Assembly: GCA_028826165.1 (NCBI GenBank)
Contig: JAPDFW010000090.1
Location: 62,001-126,000 of the forward strand
From: Anaeramoeba ignava BMAN
Lineage: Eukaryota; Protista; Anaeramoebae
Direction of reading: 5' to 3'
DNA length: 64,000 nt
Part shown: positions 39,087-52,232 of the stretch, in pieces
Position numbering within the stretch: position 1 is the first letter of the stretch
Layout of the letters: the number at the start of each line of letters is the position of its first letter
The notes under the pieces: model-generated
The model's database searches: none
What the model was told of the DNA's origin: nothing
What the model saw: only the letters and a program-made list of their open reading frames with translations
Position numbers and translations under genes: made by a program

Positions 39087-39659
39087 ATGGCAAGAACAAA
39101 ATCAACTGGAAAAAAATCAACAAGTGGAAAAAGACCACATAGAGGATCAAAAGGTCAAAAAGGTCAAAAAACTGCACAAAAAGGACAAAAAGCAAGAAAA
39201 GGACAAAAAGCACAAAAAGGTCAAAAAGGTCAAAAAACTGGACAAAAAGCACAAAAAGGACAAAAAACAGCACAAAAAGCAAGAAAAGGACAAAAAGGAC
39301 AAAAAGGTCATAAAACAGCACAAAAAGGACAAAAAGGAAAGAAAAGTTCAGTTGCAGCAAAAAGACAAAGAAGAGTTAAACCAGGAACAGTTGCAACAAG
39401 AGAAATTAAAAAATATCAAAAATCAACTGAATTATTATTAAGAAAATTACCATTTCAAAGATTAGTTAGAGATATTGCACATGAACATAAATCAGATTTA
39501 AGATTTCAAAGTGCAGCTATTGCAGCTTTACAAGAAGCAACTGAAGCATTTATTGTTGAAGTTTTAGAAGATACAAATTTATGTGCACTTCATGCTAAAA
39601 GAGTTACAATTATGAAAAATGATCTTGATTTAGTTAAAAAAATTCGTTCAAATCTTTAA
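39087..39659 (+). CDS. Histone H3 variant with repeat-expanded N-terminal tail (190 aa), copy 1
   Basis: MARTK start; histone fold [34 protein letters not shown]...[19 protein letters not shown]...[15 protein letters not shown]. Confidence 0.96.
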   Translation: MARTKSTGKKSTSGKRPHRGSKGQKGQKTAQKGQKARKGQKAQKGQKGQKTGQKAQKGQKTAQKARKGQKGQKGHKTAQKGQKGKKSSVAAKRQRRVKPGTVATREIKKYQKSTELLLRKLPFQRLVRDIAHEHKSDLRFQSAAIAALQEATEAFIVEVLEDTNLCALHAKRVTIMKNDLDLVKKIRSNL

Positions 39660-39751
39660 ATTTAAATTTAAATTTAAATTTAATTTTATTTTTTCTTTTT
39701 TAATTTGAAATAAAAATTCAAAATTTAAAATTGTTTTTGTTTTATTATTTT

Positions 39752-41127
39752 TTAATCTTTTAAAAGATCATTCAAAAGATCAATTTCTCGATTTAATTTT
39801 TCATCATTAATAATTGAAATTTCAGTTTTCAAATATTCCAAAAATTTTTGACCTTTTTCTTTATCATTAACTTTATGAAATTTCTTAACTAAATCAACCA
39901 AACGAATTAATAAAATAGCTTTTCTAATACTTTTATCTTCAAAAAATTCATTTTGATTTTGATTCAATTCAGGAAAAATAACATTATTAACTTCTTTAAA
40001 ATCATTTCCATATTTATCCTTATAAGTAACAACAATATTCAAAGGAATTCCATCAGCAACAGATTTATCCATTTTAAGCAATAAAACAGCACCTTGAGCC
40101 TCACCATTCTCATTTACATCACTTGGCATTGCTGTTGAAATCTCAGCAACTGTTGTATCCTTCTTTGTTTCTGAATCAGGTGATCCATAAATTGATTGAA
40201 TTTTTGCTCCTTCAACTTTAACTTCAATATCAAAACAAATAGGTGTCATAATATAATCAAATTCGGTATCCATTCTTCTTTTGAATTCTGAAGATGAATT
40301 AACTGAATAATAAATAGCTCCTTTTGTTTTTGTGATGATATCAATTAATTCTGTATTAAAATCAACTCCAATCCCAATAAAAGTTGTGTAAATCTTTTTT
40401 TCAGCTGATTTTTTTGTAAGTGAAAATAATCCATCACTTCTTGTTTCTCCAGTTGTTGGATGAGCATCTGTTAAATAAAGGATTCTGTTTTCATATTCTT
40501 TCATTTCATCTCCTTTGAATTTCTTCAAGTGATTTTCAATCATTCTTGATCCTTCAATAAATCCTTCTTCAAGATTAGTTCCTCCTCTTGTGTCTAATTT
40601 ATTCATTGCTTTTTTGAATTTTTCCGTATCAATTTCTCCAAATTTTTGGAAAGGAATCAAAACTTCAGCATCATCATCAAAAATAACAATTCCCAAATAA
40701 TCATCTTCTTTTAAATGTTCAGTTAATCCAATTATAGTTCTTTTTGCAACTTCTAATTTACTTGAAATGTTTTCATTTGTTTTCCATTCACCAGTAAAAG
40801 ACATACTCATTGAACCTGAAATATCCAAAACAATCACACAATTAATTAAAGGTCTTCCAAATTTCTTTATTCCTTCTCCATCATATTTGGATTTCATCAT
40901 AAGTGATAAATAATATTCTTTTTCTTTTGTTTCTAAATTTTCTGTTATTGCACAAAAGGGTTGAACTGCCATTAATTTCTCTTCTTCTAGTTTTCCTACA
41001 TTGAAATAATATTCTGAAAATAATCCATGATAAGTAATTGAATTTTCAACTACTGTTTGTTTTTTTGAACATTTATTCTGAAATTTGTTATATCTTGAGC
41101 TCCTCCAAATGAATTTTCATCCATCAT
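39752..41127 (-). CDS. von Willebrand factor A (MIDAS) domain protein (frameshift in A-run near 41062)
   Basis: VIVLDISGSMS (DxSxS), GGTNL, ILYLTDA, TTFIGIGVDFN. The N-terminus GGAQDITNFR...SITYHGLFSEYYF lies upstream of the tracked ORF. Confidence 0.9.
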
Positions 41128-41288
41128 TACAATTTTTTTTTTATTTAATCCAAATGAGAAAAATGAAAAAAATGTGATTGATCCAAATTTTCTTTTTTTT
41201 TTCTTAAAGTGAGAACTAAAAGAAAAAAAATTGAAAACAAAAATTTCATTTTTTCTTCTCTTTTCCATTTATTTCTATTTTTCATATA

Positions 41289-43709
41289 ATGAAACCTCTT
41301 ATTAAAAAAAACAATAACAACAACAATTTCCAAAACTTATATCAGTTCAATTCAGAAGAAATGGACGATTTTTTATTAAAATCTGCTTCACATGATCTTT
41401 TCACAATTTATTCAACTCAGAAAAAATTTTCAGATTTTACAATTTATTGTGGCAAAGAAAAAACACCAATTAATTGCCATAAAATTATTTTGAATTCAAG
41501 ATCCTATTTTTTTCATGCATTAACAAGTCAAGAAGAAATCAATGATATTCATTTTCTTGATTTTGAGTATAACGTTGTTGAACCAATAATCAAGTATCTT
41601 TATAAAGGCAAAATTGAAATTAAAGAAGAGAATTTAGAAAAATCTTTTGAATTTGCTGATAAAATTCGCTTGGCAAAATTGAAAGTTAAAATTGAAAAAG
41701 AAATTGAGAAAAGGATCGATCAAACAAATATGATTTTTGTGTTTTATCGAGCAAAAGAAATTAAATCAGCTCATCTTTCTTCAGTTTGTCAGGAAATGAT
41801 TTTGAAAAATATTTCAAGTCTTCTCCAACAAAATCAAATTGCTGCTCTCAACCAGAACGCATTTTTAAATCTTCTTGAATTATTAATTTCGAATTTACAA
41901 TGGAAGAAATCAGAAGTAATTAGAGATGTTATAATTCAATGGGTAAAGAACAACCAACTCAAAAATCAAGAATTTTTTACAAATGAAATACAAATGAATG
42001 ATGATAAATTTAAAACCAAAAAAATGGTGTTTGATATACTAATTAAACTTCAGCAAATGCAAGCAATTGAAGAAAGTCAAATTCAACAACTCACAAAACA
42101 TCGAATTTTTCCTCTTGAAATTTTTACTGATTTGATCAATCTGAAAATGGTTCAATTCAATCAATTTTTTCAGGCAATGGAAAGGGAGTATCAAGAAAAG
42201 AAACAAAGAGAGATTGAGTATAACCAAAATATCAACATTTTGGAAGAAAATTACTCAGAACAGCAAATTATTCAACAAGATTATCAAAATTATCAAAACT
42301 CTGAAAATCAACAAATTATTCAACAAGATTATCAAAACTATCAAAACTCTGAAAATCAACAAATTATTCAACAAGATTATCAAAATTATCAAAACTCTGA
42401 AAATCAACAAATACAAGAAATTATCCCAAAAGAAGAAAATGTAGCTCAAAATCTACTTGCAAATTTCAGAAACAAGAAACTTCAAAATATTCAAGGTTAT
42501 CCAAAAAAAAAATATAAATATAAATATATATATATATATTATATACTTTCGGTTCGAAAAATTAAATCTTATTTTATCCCAAATTTATTTTGTTCTTATT
42601 TTCAATAGATCAAGATATGAACCCACACGAGATTGTTGGAATTCAAACTACAATTGATTTGATGAATATTTTTCCTTCTAATCCAGATATTCAAGAACAT
42701 GCATGCTTCATTTTGCATTATTTTTCATTTGAAAATGATGGTAAGATAATTGAGTAATTGATTGAAAAAACAAAATTCAAAAAATAAAAAATAAAAAGAA
42801 AAACAGAATGAAATTAGAAAATTCAAGGGAATTGAATCGATTATTCAAGCAATGATTCATTTTCCAAACAACTTACAAATTCAATCAAATTCTTGTTTGG
42901 TTTTAAGATCTCTTTCTGAAAATGAGAGTAATTAAATTAAATTAAATTAAATTCAAAAAATTCAAAAATTCAAAAAAAAAAAACAAAAGAAAATCAATTG
43001 GAAATTAGGAAATTGAGAGGAATTGAATTTATTCTAAAAGCAATGAACAATTTCCCAACTAATCCTTTTATTCAAATTCAAGGATGTGGAGCTTTACAAA
43101 ATATTTCTGTTAATCGACGTAAAAAACAAACAAAAAAACAAAATTAAATTGAAAATCCAAATTTTGAATTTAAATAGAAAACAAAATTGAAATTCGAAAT
43201 CAAAATGGAATTGAGACAATTATTAATGCAATGAGATATTTTCCAAATAATGAAGATGTTCAAATCCAAGGTTGTTGGAGTTTAGCGAATTTATCCTTAA
43301 ACAAAAGTATGAATAATTTCCATCAAAAACAAAATTAAATTGAAAATCCAAATTTTGAATTAAATAGAAAACAAAATTGAAATTCGAAATCAAAATGGAA
43401 TTGAAACAATTATTAATGCAATGAGATATTTTCCAAATAATGAAGATGTTCAAGAAAATGGATGTTGGAGTTTAAAAAATCTTGTTTTAAATGAAGGTAA
43501 TAAGCAAAATTTAAATATAATCAAATGAATTGAAAATCAAAAAAATCCAATTTAATTTTCCTTAATTTTTTAAATTAGAAAATAGAAAATTAATCCAGAA
43601 ATTGGATATTAAAGTATTGATTCAAACAGCAATGAGAAAGTTTTCAAGCAATGATTATATCCAGAAAAAAGCTAAAACTCTTCTTTTGGAATTACAGAAT
43701 GAAAATTAA
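41289..43709 (+). CDS. BTB + armadillo-repeat protein, 7 exons
   Basis: BTB FSDFTIYC...INCHKIILNSRSYFF. Exons are 41289-42495, 42609-42740, 42799-42927, 42990-43118, 43178-43306, 43368-43496 and 43579-43709, each 3' exon encoding one ARM-like repeat (GIE.II.AM..FP.N..IQ..GC..L.NL). Confidence 0.9.
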
Positions 43710-43809
43710 AGAGAAATGAATGGGAAAAAAATAATATTTTTTTTGATTAATTTTAACAAAAAAAATCAAAAGAGAAATCTTTAATAAAATTAAGAATAAA
43801 ATCCATTTT

Positions 43810-46240
43810 TATTTTAAATATTATTTTAAATTAATATATTATTAATTATTTTAGATATTTTATTTATTAAATATTTTAATTAAATAAATAATAAGAAATA
43901 AATTAATATTTAATTAATATTTAAATTATAAATTATTTATTTTATTAATTTTAAATATTATTTTAAATTAATATATTATTTATTATTATTGAATATTTTA
44001 GATATTTTATTTATTAAATATTTTAATCAAATAAATAATAAGAAATTAATTAATAATTAATTAATATTTAAATTATAAATTATTTATTTGGTTAATTTTA
44101 AATATTATTTTAAATTAATATATAATTGATTATTATTGAATATTTTTGATATTTTATTTATTAAATATTTTAATCAAATAAATAATAAGAAATAAATTAA
44201 TATTTAATTAATATTTAAATTATAAATTATTTATTTTATTAATTTTAAATATTATTTTAAATTAATATATTATTGATTATTATTAAATATTTTAGATATT
44301 TTATTTATTAAATATTTTAATTAAATAAATAATAAGAAATAAATTAATATTTAATTAATATTTAAATTATAAATTATTTATTTAATTAATTTTAAATATA
44401 TTATTTTAAATTAATATATTATTAATTATTATTGAATATTTTAGATATTTTATTTATTAAATATTTTAATTAAATAAATAATAAGAAATAAATTAATATT
44501 AAATTAATATTTAAATTATAAATTATTTATTTGGTTAATTTTAAATATTATTTTAAATTAATATATTATTAATTATTATTGAATATTTTAGATATTTTAT
44601 TTATTAAATATTTTAATTAAATAAATAATAATAAATAAATTAATATTTAATTAATATTTAAATTATAAATTATTTATTTGGTTAATTTTAAATAATATTT
44701 TAAATTAATATATTATTGATTATTATTAAATATTTTTGATATTTTATTTATTAAATATTTTAATTAAATAAATAATAATAAATTAATTAATATTTAATTA
44801 ATATTTAAATTATAAATTATTTATTTAATTAATTTTAAATATTATTTTAAATTAATATATTATTGATTATTATTAAATATTTTAGATATTTTATTTATTA
44901 AATATTTTAATTAAATAAATAATAAGGAATTAATTAATATTTAATTAATATTTAAATTATAAATTATTTATTTAATTAATTTTAAATATTATTTTAAATT
45001 AATATATTATTGATTATTATTGAATATTTTAGATATTTTATTTATTAAATATTTTAATTAAATAAATAATAAGAAATTAATTAATATTTAATTAATATTT
45101 AAATTATAAATTATTTATTTAATTAATTTTAAATATTATTTTAAATTAATATATTATTGATTATTATTGAATATTTTAGATATTTTATTTATTAAATATT
45201 TTAATTAAATAAATAATAAGAAATTAATTAATATTTAATTAATATTTAAATTATAAATTATTTATTTAATTAATTTTAAATATTATTTTAAATTAATATA
45301 TTATTAATTATTATTGAATATTTTTGATATTTTATTTATTAAATATTTTAATTAAATAAATAATAAGAAATAAATTAATATTTAATTAATATTTAAATTA
45401 TAAATTATTTATTTAATTAATTTTAAATATTATTTTAAATTAATATATAATTAATTATTATTGAATATTTTAGATATTTTATTTATTAAATATTTTAATT
45501 AAATAAATAATAAGAAATAAATTAATATTTAATTAATATTTAAATTATAAATTATTTATTTAATTAATTTTAAATTAATTTTAAATTAATATATTATTGA
45601 TTATTATTAAATATTTTTGATATTTTATTTATTAAATATTTTAATTAAATAAATAATAATAAATTAATTAATATTTAATTAATATTTAAATTATAAATTA
45701 TTTATTTAGTTAATTTTAAATATTATTTTAAATTAATATATTATTGATTATTATTTAAATATTTTTAGATATTTTATTTATTAAATATTTTAATCAAATA
45801 AATAATAAGGAATTAATTAATATTTAATTAATATTTAAATTATAAATTATTTATTTAATTAATTTTAAATATTATTTTAAATTAATATATTATTGATTAT
45901 TATTAAATATTTTTGATATTTTATTTATTAAATATTTTAATTAAATAAATAATAAGAAATAAATTAATATTTAATTAATATTTAAATTATAAATTATTTA
46001 TTTAATTAATTTTAAATATTATTTTAAATTAATATATTATTGATTATTATTTAATATTTTAGATATTTTATTTATTAAATATTTTAATTAAATAAATAAT
46101 AAGAAATAAATTAATATTTAATTAATATTTAAATTATAAATTATTTATTTAGTTAATTTTAAATATTATTTTAAATTAATATATTATTAATTATTATTGA
46201 ATATTTTTGATATTTTATTTATTAAATATTTTAATTAAAT
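43810..46240. repeat. Second array of the 146-147-bp satellite, ~16 copies, upstream of H3 variant copy 2
   Basis: Same unit and orientation as 37220-38905. Confidence 0.93.
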
Positions 46241-46424
46241 AAAATCAAAACACTATTATCCAATAAATTAAGAGATTTAAAAATAATAAAAATCAAAAAT
46301 TATTGGATAATATTTGATTAAAAAAAAATATAAAAAGGAAAAAATAAATTTTTTATTTCATTTTTTCATTTTTTATTTTATTTTCAAATTTATTTTTTAT
46401 TAATTAATTAATTTTTAAAAAAAA

Positions 46425-46997
46425 ATGGCAAGAACAAAATCAACTGGAAAAAAATCAACAAGTGGAAAAAGACCACATAGAGGATCAAAAGGTCAAAAAG
46501 GTCAAAAAACAGCACAAAAAGGACAAAAAGCAAGAAAAGGACAAAAAGCACAAAAAGGTCAAAAAGGTCAAAAAACTGGACAAAAAGCACAAAAAGGACA
46601 AAAAACAGCACAAAAAGCAAGAAAAGGACAAAAAGGACAAAAAGGTCATAAAACAGCACAAAAAGGACAAAAAGGAAAGAAAAGTTCAGTTGCAGCAAAA
46701 AGACAAAGAAGAGTTAAACCAGGAACAGTTGCAACAAGAGAAATTAAAAAATATCAAAAATCAACTGAATTATTATTAAGAAAATTACCATTTCAAAGAT
46801 TAGTAAGAGATATTGCACATGAACATAAATCAGATTTAAGATTTCAAAGTGCAGCTATTGCAGCTTTACAAGAAGCAACTGAAGCATTTATTGTTGAAGT
46901 TTTAGAAGATACTAATTTATGTGCACTTCATGCTAAAAGAGTTACAATTATGAAAAATGATCTTGATTTAGTTAAAAAAATTCGTTCAAATCTTTAA
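46425..46997 (+). CDS. Histone H3 variant with repeat-expanded tail, copy 2 (identical protein)
   Basis: Protein is identical to copy 1; the DNA differences I found are synonymous (ACT/ACA, GTT/GTA, ACA/ACT). Confidence 0.96.
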   Translation: MARTKSTGKKSTSGKRPHRGSKGQKGQKTAQKGQKARKGQKAQKGQKGQKTGQKAQKGQKTAQKARKGQKGQKGHKTAQKGQKGKKSSVAAKRQRRVKPGTVATREIKKYQKSTELLLRKLPFQRLVRDIAHEHKSDLRFQSAAIAALQEATEAFIVEVLEDTNLCALHAKRVTIMKNDLDLVKKIRSNL

Positions 46998-47074
46998 ATT
47001 TAATTTTTTTTAATTTTATTTTTCTTTTTTAATTTGAAATAAAAATTCAAAATTTAAAATTGTTTTATTATTTT

Positions 47075-50051
47075 TTAATTAATTCTTGTTGATAATCTTG
47101 TTGCTTGTTTAATTATTGAAGGTTCATTTGAATAATTTTGGAAAATAAAATCAAGAATTTCTTTTAATTGTTGATTTTTTAATTGTTCAATATTTTCTAT
47201 TTAAAAATTAAAAATTAAAAATTAAAATTAAAATTAAAAATAAAAATTAAAATTAAAAAATACCTTCAATAGAAGCAATATTTGCTAAAGCTCCACAAGC
47301 ATATTTTAAAACTTTTTCATTATTTTTATGATTAATCATTGAATTTAAAATTAACTTAATTCCTTGATTTTGTGCAATAATTCTTTTATTTTCTTCATTA
47401 ACAGCTAAATTCCATAATGATCCACATGCATTAGCTTGTAATTCTCCATTTTTAGGATGAAATTTCATTGATTCCAAAATAGATTGAATTCCATTATGTT
47501 CAACAATAATATTCCTATTACGTTCAGTTACTTCAAGAACCCATAAAGCTGCACATGAATAAGTTTGAAGAAATGAATTTTTTCTGAAATTTTCCATTGT
47601 GTTTAAAATTAATAAAATCCCATTTAAATTTGCAATTATTTGTCTGTTTTCTGTTGAATATTGTGATATTTCCCATAATGTATGAATTGCAAATGATTGA
47701 ATTTGTGGATTTTGTTGGTTCATTTTCATTGCTTCTAAAATGATTTGAATTCCTTTTTGATCTGCAATTTTTGGTTTATTATCACTTCCTCTTGAAATAA
47801 TTTCAATTGTTGATAAAACACTTGGTAAAGTATTCAAAGGAAACATTCTAATTGCTCGAAATAATTCACTTAATAATTCTTCAGCTAATGGAATTTTAAT
47901 ATTCTTTCGATTTGAATATTCATCAACAAATTTCTCAATAATTGATAATTTTGTTTCCCATAAAAGTCTTGATTTCATAGCTTCGGAAAGAACACTTAAA
48001 TGTTTTGAAACATCATTTTCTGTAAATTGTTGATTGATTTGTGCTAATAAAATAAATGGAAGTTGAACCGAATAAGAAATCATTCTTGATATTTTGTTTT
48101 CTACATTTCCAAAATGAATTCTTCCATCATCAACATAGTAAAATCTTTGTAATAAGATACTTATTAATTTTCTTCCTGAATGTGCAATTTTTGTATCAAC
48201 ATTAACTTGTGAAAAACATGAAACAAAAAGTAATTCTTTTGAGAAAATATCACTTGTAATTTTTGATATTGTTGGAAAACATGCAAATATTAATGCAATT
48301 TTATGAAGAATTGCTCTTATTTTCTGTTCTTCTGTTTGAATCAAGTTTTTTTGATTTAAAATTATTGGAACACATTTTTTAAGAAGGATATTTGCACATA
48401 AAAGAAGTTCATCTTCATCTCTGGTTGATAAAAACAAGTGATTATAAATTACGTTTACAAAATGTTCACAAAATGAAGGTGTAATATCTCGATTTTCATT
48501 AAATTGATCAATCATTCCTTCATAATATTCATCTGCTTTTTCTATTGGAATACCTAATTTTTTTAAAAATTCATTTTTAAAAATTCATTTTGAAAATTAA
48601 AATTAAAATTATAATTTATAATTTACCATAATCAAAATATTGTTCAACTTGATAATAACTTTTTTGAGAAACAAGAACTTGAATAAAACGATCAATTAAA
48701 TCAGGATTAAAATCATTAACAAGTTTTAATTTAGTCATTAATTGAGGATTATCAACAGGAAAAACTTTTAAGAATTCAGGTGCGTTTTCAAACAATGAAA
48801 TAACAATTTTTGGAAGATCTGAATGAAGTAAATAAAGAATTAATTTGTATTTTTTTTTATCATTTAAATTTGAAAGTGAATCATTAAATGTTTTAGATCC
48901 AATTCCATTCATTTGTTTCTCAAGAAAATTTCCCATTAATGTTTGAGATTCTTGTTTAATTGTAATGTTAGTTTCATGTGGAAGAAAACTAACAAATGAA
49001 ATTATTGAATCAATTTGTTCATTTACATTTTTCTTAATAAGATTTTTAAAAAACTAATTTTCAAATTAAAATTCATTTTGAAATTAAAATTCATTTTGAA
49101 ATTAAAATTCATTTTGAAATTAAAATTCATTTTCAAATTAAAATTCATTTTGAAATTAAAATTCATTTTGAAATTAAAATTCATTTTGAAATTAAAATTA
49201 ATTTGAAATTAAAATTCATTTTGAAATTAAAATTAAAATTAAAATTAAAATTAAAATTAAAATTAAAATTAAAATTAAAATTAAAATTAATATTAAAATT
49301 CATTTTAAAATTAAAATTCATTTTCAAATTAAAATTCATTTTGAAATTAAAATTCATTTTAAAATTAAAATTCATTTTGAAATTAAAATTCATTTTAAAA
49401 TTAAAATTAAAATTAAAATTAAAATTAAAATTCATTTTGAAATTAAAATTAAAATTAAAATTAAAATTAAAATTCATTTATAAAATTAAAATTCATTTTG
49501 AAATTAAAATTCATTTTGAAATTAAAATTCATTTTGAAATTAAAATTCATTTTGAAATTAAAATTAAAATTAAAATTCATTTTGAAATTAAAATTAAAAT
49601 TAAAATTCATTTTGAAATTAAAATTCATTTTCAAATTAAAATTCATTTTGAAATTAAAATTAATTTTGAAATTAAAATTAAAATTAAAATTCATTTTGAA
49701 ATTAAAATTAAAATTCATTTTGAAATTAAAAAGATTTTAATTTGTTTTTGTTTTTGTTTTTGTTTTTGCTTTTTTCGCTTTTAATAAAAAAAAATTTACT
49801 TGATTTGCTTCATTTATAAGAAATTGAGTAACTTGTTGTTGAATTTTTAAATTAAGAAAAGTGGTTGATTGGTCAATTAATTCATTTGTTTCTGGATTAA
49901 TCCATTGAGTTTTTTGTAAAGTGCTTCTGTCAAATGTTTCTCCAGTTTGTAAAGTAATTGGTTCTAAAAAAATATGATTTGTTGTTGGATCAATTAAAGT
50001 AACTGGTATTTTGACATTTAATTCTGATAAAAGATAATTTGAAATTGACAT
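47075..50051 (-). CDS. U-box + armadillo-repeat E3 ubiquitin ligase-like protein, multi-exon
   Basis: U-box IPVTLIDPTTNHIFLEPITLQTGETFDRSTL...NPETNE...NLKIQQQV. ARM repeats GIQIILEAM...IQSFAIHTLWEI and GIQSILESM...LQANACGSLWNL. Confidence 0.85.
49045..49735. repeat. Intronic 18-bp (AAATTAAAATTCATTTTG) plus 6-bp (AAAATT) repeats
   Basis: Fills the first intron of the U-box-ARM gene. Confidence 0.88.
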
Positions 50052-50208
50052 TGATTAAATTGTAAAAAATGTGTAGAAAATGTTTTTTTTTGTTTTTTAA
50101 AAAGAAGAAAAAATGAAAAATGAATTTTGATAAAAAAAATTTTTTTTAATTTTTTTCTTTTTTAAAAAAGAAGAAAAAATAAAAATCAATCAAGAATAAA
50201 AAAAAAAT

Positions 50209-51873
<1,665 letters not shown>

Positions 51874-52232
51874 TTTTATTTAAAAAAAAAATGAAAATAA
51901 TAAAAAGGAAAATAAAAAATTAAATTCTCAAATCTTTTTTGTTTTTGTTTTTCTTTTTGTTTTTTGTTTTTTGTTTTTATTTTTTTCCTTTTTGTTTTAA
52001 TTCAGAATTTTAAATCAAAAAAAATAATGAAAATAAATTTTCTCTTTTCACACATCAAATAACAATTTTTCAAACAAGAACCTTTGAAATAAGCAACTTT
52101 AACAAATTAAAACAAAAAATTGAATATTTTGAAATATAATTTTGAAATATAATTTAATTTTGTTTAGTTTTGTTTTTTGATTTAAAAATGAATAAATGAA
52201 TAAATGAAATAATATTTTTTTCTCATAAAAAT

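Noticed and set aside
39087-39659. H3 variant as CenH3 with adjacent centromeric satellite
   Set aside because: The fold keeps canonical H3 features (FQRLVR, unextended loop 1, LRFQ) and the ARTK start, and the arrays are only 1.7-2.4 kb. Not formally excluded without ChIP.
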